Source: an uncultured Gemmatimonadaceae bacterium (GTDB lineage Bacteria; Gemmatimonadota; Gemmatimonadetes; Gemmatimonadales; Gemmatimonadaceae). Taken from it: a stretch of DNA of 64,000 bases. Under the pieces are notes generated by a model. The model saw nothing but the letters and a program-made list of their open reading frames with translations, was not told where the DNA came from and ran no database searches. This document shows positions 20,330 through 29,846 of the stretch, piece after piece. The stretch's first letter is position 1. Each line of letters starts with the position of its first letter. Where the stretch lies: the NCBI GenBank assembly GCA_963817955.1, contig CAWFQK010000003.1, positions 96,001 through 160,000 on the forward strand, read 5' to 3'. Made by a program: the position numbers and the translations under genes.

Positions 20330-21244
20330 TCAGAAATCGTCGGCGCGCGCCAGCGCGGCTGGTGCACGAACGCGGCCGGCCACGCCCCCAAGCGCGGCGA
20401 GCGTGAGCAGGTAGGGCAGCGCGAGAAAGAGCTGGTACGGCAGCGCCAACCCGAGCGCCTGTAGCAAGTATTGCAGTGCGCTCGCTGCGCCAAAGACGAG
20501 CGCGGCGAGCGCGATGCCGCCGGGGTGCCAGCGACCAAGCACCACGATGGCGATAGCGATGAAGCCGCGCCCGGCCGACATGCCCTCGGCGAACGTACCA
20601 GCCTGGGCCAACACCAGCGTTCCGCCGGCGAGGCCGCCCATCAATCCACCGAACGCAATTGCCAGGACGCGAACCCGGCCGACGCGGATTCCGGCGGCAG
20701 ATGCTGCGGCCGGCGATTCGCCAACCGCGTGCAACGCGAGCCCGGCATGTGTGCGATACATCCACCACCACACCATGGCGACTGCGACGTACGCGACGTA
20801 CGTGATCGTCGGTTGTTGGAACAGCGCCGAACCGACGATCGGGATGGACGCAAGCAGCGGAACGGCGCGCGGGCCGCTCGTCGCGATCGAAAGCGCGGCA
20901 CCCGTCGTTCCATACAACGCGCGGTACAGTGTGCCGGTGAGGCCGAGCGCCAGTAACGTGACTGCGGTGCCGGTGATGATCTGATCGGCGCGCAGCCAGA
21001 CGGTGAACAGAGCGAAGACGAGCGCCAGCGCGACGCCGAATAATGCCGATGCCGCGTAGCCACCGCTCACGCCGAAATGCGTTGCTCCGACGAGTGCGCC
21101 GAACGATCCGGCAAGGACTACACCTTCCAGGCTGATGTTGATGACGCCTGCCCGCTCCACGACCATCTCACCGAGCGCGGCCAGTGCGAGCGGCGTCGCG
21201 GTTCGAACGGTGGCCTCGAGGAAGGCCGACGTCACCGAGCTCAC
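20330..21244 (-). CDS. Nucleoside/sugar ABC transporter permease
   Basis: ERAGVINISLEG, VGESPAAA..AGI, GRGFIAIA, LPYLLT. Confidence 0.92.
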   Translation of the reverse strand: MSSVTSAFLEATVRTATPLALAALGEMVVERAGVINISLEGVVLAGSFGALVGATHFGVSGGYAASALFGVALALVFALFTVWLRADQIITGTAVTLLALGLTGTLYRALYGTTGAALSIATSGPRAVPLLASIPIVGSALFQQPTITYVAYVAVAMVWWWMYRTHAGLALHAVGESPAAASAAGIRVGRVRVLAIAFGGLMGGLAGGTLVLAQAGTFAEGMSAGRGFIAIAIVVLGRWHPGGIALAALVFGAASALQYLLQALGLALPYQLFLALPYLLTLAALGGVAGRVRAPAALARADDF

Positions 21245-22272
21245 GTGCCCCTTCCGTTCGCAGAGGGTATACGTGCGCGCTCTATGGCCACGAGTGCGAG
21301 AATGATTGCTGCCTCGATCACAGCCACGGCAGCGGACGGCACACCGGCGTCGCGCTGCATGGCAGTGGCGCCGGCTTCCAGGGCGCCGAACAGAATGCCG
21401 GACACGATGACGGCGCCCGCGTCGAGGCGTGCCAGCAAGGCGACGGCGATGGCGGTGTAGCCATAGCCCGGCGAGATGTTCTCATACATCGCGTACGTCA
21501 CGCCGGTGACTTCGATGGCGCCGGCGAGTCCCGCGAACGCACCACTGGCGAGAAAAGCGCGGAGCGTCACGCGCTCGACATCGATCAGGCCCGCCGAGCG
21601 CGCGGCGGTTGGATTCGCCCCGACGACGCGCAACCGGAACCCGCCGGCCGTGTAGCGAATGACCCACCAGGAAAGCAGGCACGCGACAACTGCGATCGCG
21701 AAACCAGCGTGCAGTCGCGTGGTGTCGCCGAATCGCGGCAGATGCGCGGAGGCGGCGAAGGTCAGCGTTTGCGGATAGACGTGTGTGGGTTCCTGGAGCG
21801 GTCCCCGCACGAGATACGAGACCAGGTACGCGGCGACGAAGTTCAGCATGATGGTGCTGATCACTTCGAGCACGTGCAAGCGAAGCCGAAGCACTGCAGC
21901 GATCCAGGCCCACGCAGCCCCGGCGATCGAGCCGGCCAGCAGCACCGCCGGGATTACGATCACGCCTGGGGCTGCGGGCAGGCGCAGGGCGAGAGCCGCG
22001 GCAGCCGCGGCGCCCACGAGAAACTGGCCCTCGGCGCCAATGTTGAATACGCCGGCGCGAAACGCGACTGCCACCGCCAGGCCGGTGAGGATGAGCGGCG
22101 TGGCCCGAACGAGCGTGCCCGATCCGAACGCGTACCAGGAGCCGAGCGCGCCGCGAACGAGCGCGGCGAGCGCCTGAGAGATGTCGAACCCGCTCGCGGC
22201 GAGCAGCACACCGGTCCCGATTACGAGCGCCGCGATCAGCCACAGCGCGGCGAGGGTGCTCCGCTGCGGCAT
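21241..22272 (-). CDS. Nucleoside/sugar ABC transporter permease (start approximate)
   Basis: FRAGVFNIGAEGQ, EVISTIMLN, GYGYTAIAVALL. Confidence 0.92.
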   Translation of the reverse strand: MPQRSTLAALWLIAALVIGTGVLLAASGFDISQALAALVRGALGSWYAFGSGTLVRATPLILTGLAVAVAFRAGVFNIGAEGQFLVGAAAAAALALRLPAAPGVIVIPAVLLAGSIAGAAWAWIAAVLRLRLHVLEVISTIMLNFVAAYLVSYLVRGPLQEPTHVYPQTLTFAASAHLPRFGDTTRLHAGFAIAVVACLLSWWVIRYTAGGFRLRVVGANPTAARSAGLIDVERVTLRAFLASGAFAGLAGAIEVTGVTYAMYENISPGYGYTAIAVALLARLDAGAVIVSGILFGALEAGATAMQRDAGVPSAAVAVIEAAIILALVAIERARIPSANGRGT

Positions 22273-22424
22273 GCGGTTGGAGGAGATCCGAGGCGAAAAC
22301 CTCATCGCGGCGTGGGCCAGGTAGGGTTCAACGACTCGACATTCATGAGAGTATATTGATCGGTGCGGTGGCAAGAATAGTCGAGGCGGGTCGGCACAGA
22401 GTGGTCAAATTGACTGGTTTTAAG

Positions 22425-22860
22425 GCCGCGATGAAGTGTTCAAATGCCGCGATGAAGTGGATGAATGCCGCGGTCGACTGAGCAAATGCCGCAGTCGACT
22501 AATCATTTGCCGCAGTGAAGTGGACGATTGCCGCGGTCAAGCAGGCGCGTGCCGCTGTTAAGCAAACGTTTGCCGCGATCAAGTGGGCGGGTGCCGCTGT
22601 CGAGTGAGCGTTTGCCGAGGTCGATTGATCGAATGCCGCAGTCGACTGAGCGTTTGCCGCAGTCAAGTAGACAATTGCCGCGGTTAAGCAAACGTTTACC
22701 GCGGTCAAGTGGACGATTGCCGCGGTCGCCTGAGCGCTCGCCGAGGTCCCCTGAATGTTTGCCGAGGTCGAGTGGACGCTCTCCCAGGCCAAGTGGACGG
22801 TCTCCCAAGCCAAGTGGACGGTCTCCCAAGCCAAGTGAGCGCTCTCCCAAGCCAGCTGGA
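22425..22860. repeat. Degenerate tandem array, exact 21-bp period, 20 full units plus one partial
   Basis: Units start every 21 bp from 22425 (GCCGCGGTCAAGTGGACGATT-like); the last four shift to TCCCARGCCA. Confidence 0.95.
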
Positions 22861-22904
22861 CTGAATCTCACGTACCGTGGCGAAAGTCATTAGTATCTCG
22901 CGAC

Positions 22905-24161
22905 ATGGGGACTGTCGCGAAACAGGCATTCAAGCCGGGTGCGGACCTGACCATAGTCGCTGATCACGATCCTCGGCGGTGGCGAACGCTCGGATTGCTC
23001 GCGACCGCTGAGCTCTTGGGCATGTCGCTCTGGTTTGCGGCGAGTGCCGTCGCCCCGCAGCTTGGCGCGCGTTGGGACCTCTCGACATCCGAGATTGGCT
23101 GGCTCACGGCGATCGTGCAACTCGGGTTCGTGATTGGCACCGCGACGTCAGCGGTCTTGAACCTGGCCGATATCGTCCCGTCACGATGGCTGTTCGCGAC
23201 GTCTGCAGCACTGGGCGCCGCCGCCAATGCGGCGCTGCTGCTTGCCCCCAGCTTTGCCGGCGCGCTGGCGTGTCGCTTTGCCACAGGCTTCGCTCTGGCC
23301 GGAGTGTATCCGCCGGCGATGAAAATGATCTCGACCTGGTTTCGCTCCCAGCGCGGTCTGGCTGTGGGGACCATTGTCGGGGCGTTGACCGTCGGCAAGG
23401 CAGGCCCGTACCTGGTTCATGCCATTCCTGGAGCCGGCGAGGCGCCGGTCGTTTGGTCCGCGACAGTGGCCGCGCTGGTGGCCGCGCTGATCGTCGGACT
23501 GTGGTACGAGGAAGGCCCCTATCCATTTCCGCCGCGACCGTTCTCGTGGGGGCTCGTGGGCGAAGTGTTCCGGGAACGACGGTGGCGGCTGGCGACGGCT
23601 GGCTATCTGGGCCACATGTTCGAGCTCTACAGCGCGTGGACCTGGCTTCCGGTGTTCGTAGCCGCGAGCGCTGCGGCGGCAGGAGTACCGGCAGGGCCGG
23701 CGCGCGTCTCACTTTCGTCCGCGATAGCGTTCGCGGCAATCGCGATCGGGGGTATTGGTTGCGTGTGGGGGGGCCGAGTCGCTGATCGCCGCGGTCGTGA
23801 GTGGCTCGTCACGGTTTCCATGGCGGCGAGTGGCCTGTGCGCGCTGGCGATCGGGTTCACCTTTGGCCAGAGCTTCCTGCTCCTCGTGCCGGTGGCGCTC
23901 GCCTGGGGGTTCTTCGTCATCGCCGACTCGGCGCAATTCAGCGTTCTCGCAACAGAGGCGGCACCGCCCCATGCCGTTGGAACCGCGCTGACGGTGCAGA
24001 CGTCCCTGGGCTTTCTGTTGACCATGATCTCGATTCAACTCGTTCCACCGGTCCAGCACATTGTTGGCTGGAGGTGGGCGTTCATGATGCTGGCGATCGG
24101 GCCAGCATCTGGAATCGCGGCCATTCGTCGGTTGGCCGAGGGGGCGCGAACGACGCGGTAG
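22905..24161 (+). CDS. MFS transporter
   Basis: SLWFAASAV, GVYPPAMK, GHMFELY, IADSAQFS. Confidence 0.92.
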   Translation: MGTVAKQAFKPGADLTIVADHDPRRWRTLGLLATAELLGMSLWFAASAVAPQLGARWDLSTSEIGWLTAIVQLGFVIGTATSAVLNLADIVPSRWLFATSAALGAAANAALLLAPSFAGALACRFATGFALAGVYPPAMKMISTWFRSQRGLAVGTIVGALTVGKAGPYLVHAIPGAGEAPVVWSATVAALVAALIVGLWYEEGPYPFPPRPFSWGLVGEVFRERRWRLATAGYLGHMFELYSAWTWLPVFVAASAAAAGVPAGPARVSLSSAIAFAAIAIGGIGCVWGGRVADRRGREWLVTVSMAASGLCALAIGFTFGQSFLLLVPVALAWGFFVIADSAQFSVLATEAAPPHAVGTALTVQTSLGFLLTMISIQLVPPVQHIVGWRWAFMMLAIGPASGIAAIRRLAEGARTTR

Positions 24162-24169
24162 GCTCTGAT

Positions 24170-24350
24170 GGAAGGGTGTGTGCCGACGGGTGACGATCCC
24201 AGAAGCATCCGTGTACGAAGGCGGCGCGCGAGTGATCGGCCGAGACGATGTTTAGCGATCCGGGGATGCCGTGTACGTCGATCGGGAATTCGTGTGCGCT
24301 GTCGCGGGGCGGCAACCCATCCTGAGCACGCTCATGAGTTTTCTGTCCGT
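24170..24350 (-). pseudogene. Remnant of very-short-patch repair endonuclease Vsr
   Basis: IPGSLNIV.....AAFVHGCFWDRH matches the Vsr signature (LPG.PD.V...FVHGCFWH.H); both ends lost. Confidence 0.6.
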
Positions 24351-24654
24351 TTCTGCATGCTACGCTGCGAGCGCACGCAGCGTAGCGACGGAGGTGCCAT
24401 TGCACATCGAGGGGTAAGCGGTTCGGGCTGCGCAACTTCCAATACTGCGATCTCATCTGTCGTCGGTGCTACGCTGCAAGCGTCGCGATTGTTTTGTGCG
24501 CACCTGCAGCGTATAGTGACCACCCACTTAGCGTTGAACTCAATCCGCCTGCGGCGGATAGCCCCGGCGTAGATTCCGCCGTGCCTCTCACGGGGTGATT
24601 GCCCGTCGAGACTGCGTGCTGTCAAGTCCTCTCGACCTTTTCAGAGAGGATTGT

Positions 24655-25062
24655 ATGACAGCCCTTCGCCGCCGGATGACCGAGGATCTCCAGCTTCGCG
24701 GCTACGCCGACCGCACGGTCGCGGCGTACCTACTGGCGGTCTCGCAGGTCGCCAAGTTCTACCGGACCGCGCCCGATCAGCTCACCGAGGAACAGCTCCG
24801 CGACTATCTGCTCCACCTCACCACCGTTCGGAAGATCGCCGCGAGCAGCTTCACGCAGACCCTGTGTGGCCTCAAGTTCTTCTATGAGGACACGCTTGGC
24901 CGCCATTGGCCCGTGCTCGACGTGGCGCGCCCGAAGCGCGAGGCCCGACTGCCAGTCGTCCTGAGTCAGGAGGAAGTCCGGCGGGCGCTCGCGGCGGTGC
25001 GGACGCTCCAGTACCGCGTCTGTCTGACCCTCATCTACGCCTGGGGCCTCCGGCTGCTCGAT
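24655..25062 (+). pseudogene. Tyrosine recombinase, N-terminal part only
   Basis: MTALRRRMTEDLQLRGY..RT..AY SAM-like domain, LPVVLSQEEV, IYAWGLR; HxxR and catalytic Tyr region absent. Confidence 0.88.
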
Positions 25063-25742
25063 GGCCATCCGCATATGCACCTCCTCGCGACCGCGGCGGC
25101 CTCGCGCCCGACGGGCAGGCGTGGGTCAAGCCTGCCCATGCACGATTCCTCATGCCCGGCTACATGCTGTCGGAACTCTTCCGCGCGAAGATGCGGGACG
25201 CCCGGACGCAGGCCGGCTTCGCGGACCAGATCGCGCCCACGGTGTGGGACCGCCGATGGGTGGTCCATCTCCAACAGATCGGGCGCGGCGACCATGCCCT
25301 GCGCTATTTGGCCCGCTACGTCTTTCACGTCGCCCTCACCAACACGCAGCTCGAGCGGTTCGACCACGGGCGCGTCACCTTCCGCTACACCCACGCGCGC
25401 ACGCAGGAGACACGGCATCTCACCCTCCCGGTCGACGCCTTCATCGCGCGCTTTCTCCAACATGTGCTGCCGCGCGGCTTCACGAAAATTCGCTACTACG
25501 GACTCCTGAGCCCCGGTTGCCGAGCGAAGCGCGACCGCGCCCGCCTCCTCCTCGAGCTCCACACCGCGCCGGCCCCTCGCCCAGAGCCAGGGCCGGCGGA
25601 CGCGCGCATCACCAGGACTCCGCTCATCAGGACTCCGCCCACCAGTGCCGTCCCGCGCCCGACGCGACTCCAGTGTCGCGCCTGTCAGCACGGCCACCTC
25701 TACCTCATCGAGCGCGTCGACCGACCGCGCGCCCCGCCATGA
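25063..25742 (+). pseudogene. IS91-family rolling-circle transposase, C-terminal part, frameshifted near 25093
   Basis: HPHMH (HUH), then in another frame WVV, YLARY, FLQHVLP.GF.KIRYYGLL, CxxC, terminal RAPP; N-terminal zinc domain missing. Confidence 0.88.
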
Positions 25743-26037
25743 CGCGCTTGGTTCGGTCAACAGGCTCGGATCAGGGATCGGCAACGGTGTCGCTCGCGCC
25801 GCCGTCCAGCCATGCTGCACCCTGCCCCGACGTACCACGTCTTGCACCGGGTACATCGGCACGGACCCGCGCTCACCCGCCGCCACTCGGCGCCTTCGCC
25901 GAGTCGCGCGCCCCCCTCGGCTTACGATATTCGCGTCGCGCGCGCATTCTGGCTCCGTAGATCCTCGCGGCGGCGGTCCCCATCTCGCTTGAAAGTCCAA
26001 AGGGCTGGGTCACTCCCGCCCGTCACGCGCGGATCGA

Positions 26038-26094
26038 GTTCAACTGGAGATTTTGCCGCGGCTTCGCGCGGCACGAATCTCTACTGCGTTATAT
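26038..26094 (+). other. attC-like site fused to the right end of the IS91-like element
   Basis: GTTCAAC then stem tggagattttgccgcg/cgcggcacgaatctcta, then ctgc GTTATAT; left spacer missing. Confidence 0.6.
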
Positions 26095-26159
26095 GGCCAT
26101 CGAGTTCCTCGAAAAACGCCGCGCTTGCAGGGAACTGCGAACCGGAGCAACTTTCAGCT

Positions 26160-26363
26160 ATGACTGATCGGCCCAATATCAAGGCTGACGCCCGCGACCT
26201 CGTTGACCATCTCCCGGAGTCGGCCACGTGGGACGACCTCGCCTATGAGGTCTACGTCCGGCAAGCGATCGAGGCCGGGCTCGCAGACTCGGACGCAGGA
26301 CGGACTCTCTCGCACGACGAGGCGATGGCCCGCATTCGTAGTCGGATTCGTCGCGCGTCATGA
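26160..26363 (+). CDS. Antitoxin of a RelE/ParE pair (cassette-borne)
   Basis: LPESATWDDL.YE.YV.Q.IE.GLAD..AGR..SH.E; ATGA overlap with the toxin. Confidence 0.85.
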   Translation: MTDRPNIKADARDLVDHLPESATWDDLAYEVYVRQAIEAGLADSDAGRTLSHDEAMARIRSRIRRAS

Positions 26364-26659
26364 CCCTTCCGCTCCGGTGGACGGAGCGCGCGACCGAGCA
26401 GCTCGGCGCCATCGCGGAGTACATCAGTATCAGCTCACCGGTTTATGCCGATCAAACGGTCGAGCGGATTGTATCGCGGCTTCGCCAGGCGCAGGCGTTC
26501 CCCGAGTCCGGCCGTCGCGTGCCGGAGATTGCCGCGGTCGACGTGCGCGAACTGATCGAGCCACCCTATCACCTCGTGTATCGCGTGCGCGACACGGCGA
26601 TCGAAGTTCTTGTCGTCATTCACAGTCGTCAGAACCTCACTGACATCGTGCCAGGCTAG
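26360..26659 (+). CDS. RelE/ParE family toxin
   Basis: WTERA..QL..I.EYI, FPESGR.VPE, RELI..PY.LVYRV, V.HSRQ. Confidence 0.92.
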   Translation: MTLPLRWTERATEQLGAIAEYISISSPVYADQTVERIVSRLRQAQAFPESGRRVPEIAAVDVRELIEPPYHLVYRVRDTAIEVLVVIHSRQNLTDIVPG

Positions 26660-26674
26660 TTCCGTGTGGTGGCC

Positions 26675-26796
26675 ATATAACGAACGCTGAACTTGACGAG
26701 TTCTGCATTCGGCCGGTCGTGGCGCCCGTTGGCATCGCGCACTAGTCTTTTGGTATCGAGCCTAATCGGGCTCGCAAGTTAGCTGGGGCGTTCGCC
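26675..26796 (+). other. attC site (122 bp)
   Basis: ATATAAC gaacg CTGAACTTGACGAG ... CTCGCAAGTTAG ctggggc GTTCGCC; arms pair with two unpaired bases; cassette ends 26088-26099 and 26670-26681 are 12/12 complementary. Confidence 0.88.
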
Positions 26797-26851
26797 AGCG
26801 ATTAGCGCCGTACGATGCTATGCGATCTCACCGACCGAGAGAACAACAGTA

Positions 26852-27345
26852 GTGTCTGAACAGCCAAGCGTTGAGAAACCTGCGGATCACCAGCTATTTC
26901 ACCGGAAGCATGTTGTAGGCCTAGCTTGGGCGGTGGTCGGCGGTTTGATCACGGCCACTGTTGTGACGGCATACCAAGCGACGCAGCATTCGGTCCTTGA
27001 ACGCCGGACTGTATTGCGGCATGACACTACCCACCTGTGACCCCCGAGGATGGTGTACGTTTGACCGCTTAAGCTACTGCGATCGTACGACAACTATCCT
27101 GACACCGGGGGTTCGGACCTCTCGCGCCCGATACCACGAATAGGGATCGGCCTTGCCGTATCGCTCGTTGTGCATGCGATACTGCGGCATTGATCACCTT
27201 GTTCGCTGTCATTACCCTTCTGAGCGACACCAGACCAATGCCCGTCGACCGGAAGGAATGGGGCGGGCGGGCTGTCGCGGCGCTCGCGGCCGGCGTCGTT
27301 TGTGCCCTCGCCTGGAGACTGCTGACGCGATTCCCGCACATGTGA
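26852..27345 (+). pseudogene. Possible decayed membrane-protein cassette gene(s)
   Basis: 62-aa ORF with one TM directly after attC and a second hydrophobic fragment ending near 27345; no continuous frame. Confidence 0.3.
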
Positions 27346-27639
27346 TCCGGGCGAATCAGGCGCGATTCGGACGGCTCGCGACAACTTTACGTTGGTCGTT
27401 CGAACCGGATCAGGAGTCGGCTGGCGAGTCATTGCCGAGATAGTCCATGCCACAACGCGGCAAGCTTCGTGTTCCGGCTGGCGCGCGAAGGTACTGGCAT
27501 GACGGAAGCATCATACACGACGTGGGGTTCTCGGCCCGCACTTGGCGATGACCCTGAGTTCATGCGGTCGTTTGGTGAGGCGAAGAGATTCTTCTCCGCT
27601 CGACTCAGCCAGCAACCGACCACTCGGCGCAAGGAGATC

Positions 27640-28680
27640 ATGCTTCTGACATTTCAGCGCGCCTGCTGCGCCCTTCTTATCGGCCTGGCTGTGTCTTGGC
27701 CAGTGGCAGCCCAAAGCGTCATAGAGACGCCCGAGGGACACGTCGAGGTGATCGGATTGAAACGCTGGACCGCGGCGATGCTCGCCGACTCCCTCGGCGT
27801 CCACGCTCCGGGCGTCTCATTGTTTCAGACCAAAGAGTGCACGAAGGCACTCACCAGTCGACTGCACTTCAGCAGCGTTTACATCGAGAAGCTCGTCGTG
27901 GGCCGCCCCGGCGACAACGCCCAATCTGTTGTTATCCGGCTCGTGGAACCCCAAGACTCGGCGCAAATCCGCTGGCGGCGCGGACTACGCGACACCCTTC
28001 CCGCTCGCAGCGAATGGGCCGACCTCTTCCGGGTGCTCTCCAGCCCCGCCGGAAGACTCCAAGAAGGAGATCTCGTCAGCCGCTTGGGGCTGTACGGGCT
28101 ATTTCTTCGTGATTCCACGGCGGCCCGCCAACTCGCGAACGCATTTGGCTTCGATGCGGATCGCGCGGTTTCCTTCTGGCGTGTGCTCCGCACACACCGG
28201 AGCGAACGCGATCGAGTTCTGGCCCTCAGCGCTGTCTCCACGGATGGCAATCCGCAGAATCGAATGGTGGCGGCGGCGGTTCTCGTGAACTTCCCGGGGT
28301 CGGATGAGACATGGCGCGCGCTGGCAGACGCCCTTCGTGATCCTTACCCCGGCGTCAACTCAGCTGCACTGGCAAGTCTTGCGCTACTCGGAAGCGATTT
28401 TGCTCGACACGTCGATTGGCGACCAGCGGCCTCGACCCTTCGCGCCATACTCGATGGAACGAATCTGCAGGCGTTTCTCCAGACCATGGTTGTGCTGCAT
28501 CAGACATCTATCTCACCAGCACTGGCAAGGCCATTGCTACGGCGGGGCGGTGAGCTGGTGCTCGCGAACGTTGTCGCAGCAGACGAGCGTTCGCGGCGCG
28601 CAGCCGAGGCGCTGCTGCTAGACCTCAGCGGGCGAGCCACGGCGCTGGATGATTGGGGCAAGTGGATCAGGAGTCTGTGA
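27640..28680 (+). CDS. Secreted hypothetical protein with HEAT-like repeats (cassette-borne)
   Basis: AAGGAG RBS, signal peptide ending VAA/Q, ALADALRDPYPGVNSAAL; followed by attC. Confidence 0.75.
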   Translation: MLLTFQRACCALLIGLAVSWPVAAQSVIETPEGHVEVIGLKRWTAAMLADSLGVHAPGVSLFQTKECTKALTSRLHFSSVYIEKLVVGRPGDNAQSVVIRLVEPQDSAQIRWRRGLRDTLPARSEWADLFRVLSSPAGRLQEGDLVSRLGLYGLFLRDSTAARQLANAFGFDADRAVSFWRVLRTHRSERDRVLALSAVSTDGNPQNRMVAAAVLVNFPGSDETWRALADALRDPYPGVNSAALASLALLGSDFARHVDWRPAASTLRAILDGTNLQAFLQTMVVLHQTSISPALARPLLRRGGELVLANVVAADERSRRAAEALLLDLSGRATALDDWGKWIRSL

Positions 28681-28708
28681 CGCGCCTATCGGGTTCATCG
28701 CGCCTGCT

Positions 28709-28802
28709 GGCTAACAACCATTGGAGCAACCGGGCGATTTAAGGATTGCGCATGCTGCGCGCTCTGATTTGGTTCGCGCGCAGCTCAATTCGGACGTTCT
28801 AT
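28709..28802 (+). other. attC site (94 bp)
   Basis: GGCTAAC aacc ATTGGAGC ... GCTCAAT tcggac GTTCTAT with an extra G in the left arm; GCTGGCTAAC is 9/10 complementary to GTTCGCCAGC at 26790. Confidence 0.8.
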
Positions 28803-28859
28803 GAGAGTGATCGTCAAGAGCGCACTTTGTGCCCGCTGATCGTTTTCCCTTTTGCTTCT

Positions 28860-29060
28860 CGGCGATTGGCCCCGAAACAACGCCTTGAGCCGCTGCATCA
28901 CGCGAAACGCGACGTGGACGGAGCCACGCATGCCGCGGAACCAGTCCACGATCGGCGCGGCCTCGGTGGGCAAGATGGTTCGCGCGAGCACGCGTCCTGT
29001 CTCCTCTCGCACCGTCTTCACCGTCGTTGCCCGGTGCACATCGAGCCCGACATACTTCAC
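28860..29060 (-). pseudogene. IS110-family recombinase remnant
   Basis: KYVGLDVH N-terminal DEDD motif; jumps after VAF to R.MQRLKALFR.G, then ends. Confidence 0.75.
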
Positions 29061-29141
29061 CGTCCGTTTCGTGAGAGCGCCTCCTGGCCGGCACGTCGAG
29101 CTCCTTTGTCAATCGGCGTTCCACAGCACATATTTCGGCTC

Positions 29142-29375
29142 ATGGGTGATCCGGCGTTCAATTACCACGACCTTCCAATCCCCGAGCGGGTGAAGCTCGT
29201 TGAGGACATCTGGGACAGCATCGCCGACGAGGCCAACGCTCGACCAGACTCGCTCCCCATCTCACCGGCCCAGCGCGCGGAACTGGAGCGTCGGGCTGTG
29301 GACGCTGACGCGCATCCGGACGAGGCGATTCCTTGGGAGCAGGTGCGCGATGAGTTGTTTCGGCGCGGCGGGTGA
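29142..29375 (+). CDS. Addiction-module antitoxin (TIGR02574-like)
   Basis: L...ER..LVE.IWDSI...Q.AEL.RR......P....PWEQVR. Confidence 0.88.
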   Translation: MGDPAFNYHDLPIPERVKLVEDIWDSIADEANARPDSLPISPAQRAELERRAVDADAHPDEAIPWEQVRDELFRRGG

Positions 29376-29584
29376 CGCCGCGCTTCGTCTTTCATCCCGC
29401 GGCGCGCGCCGATCTACGCGACGCGCGCGACTGGTATGAGGCGCAGCGGACGGGCCTCGGCCGTGAGTTTGGCGACGTGATCGCCGCTACGCTCGACCGG
29501 ATCGCCCCACATCCCGAGGCCTATCCGGATGTTTTGGGCTCGCTGCGCCGCGCCGTGCTCGCGTCCGAATGGGCGTCGCGCTGA
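29372..29584 (+). pseudogene. RelE/ParE toxin, C-terminally truncated
   Basis: FHPAA..DL..A.DWYE....GLG.EF; homology stops after RRAVL, before the FPY..Y segment. Confidence 0.8.
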
Positions 29585-29678
29585 GCACGCCGCATTCCGG
29601 CGGCGGCGCTGACCTCGGGCGCTACTCTTGCGAGTCGTCATCATGCGAGCGGTTCATGCGCGCTGACCGGAGGCTCTC

Positions 29679-29831
29679 ATGATTCGAAAACTCAAAGACG
29701 GACAGTATCGCTTGTACTCGCGCAAGAAGAACCCGAAGACCGGCAAGCGGCGGAACCTCGGAACCTTCTCCTCTCGCGCCGCGGCGGAGAAGCACGAGCG
29801 CGCGGTGCAGTTCTTCAAGCGCGGCGGCTGA
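29679..29831 (+). CDS. Small basic hypothetical protein (50 aa, below the ORF-track cutoff)
   Basis: GGAGG RBS; MIRKLKDGQYRLYSRKKNPKTGKRRNLGTFSSRAAAEKHERAVQFFKRGG. Confidence 0.8.
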   Translation: MIRKLKDGQYRLYSRKKNPKTGKRRNLGTFSSRAAAEKHERAVQFFKRGG

Positions 29832-29846
29832 GCCGGTTTCAAGGCA

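Larger units (their letters stand above)
24533..26044 (+). mobile_element. Internally deleted IS91-like element (tyrosine recombinase plus HUH/Y2 transposase) with 16-bp terminal inverted repeats
   Basis: Ends GTTGAACTCAATCCGC (24533-24548) and GCGGATCGAGTTCAAC (26029-26044), 15/16 complementary; enclose the recombinase and transposase fragments. Confidence 0.85.

Noticed and set aside
22425..22860. CRISPR array
   Set aside because: Units are contiguous 21-mers with no unique spacers, and no cas genes are in the window.
24595..25509. Novel functional recombinase-HUH fusion protein, or an integron integrase
   Set aside because: Recombinase catalytic C-terminus and transposase N-terminus are both missing and the frame breaks after HUH; no IntI-specific region is visible. 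Best read as a deletion product.
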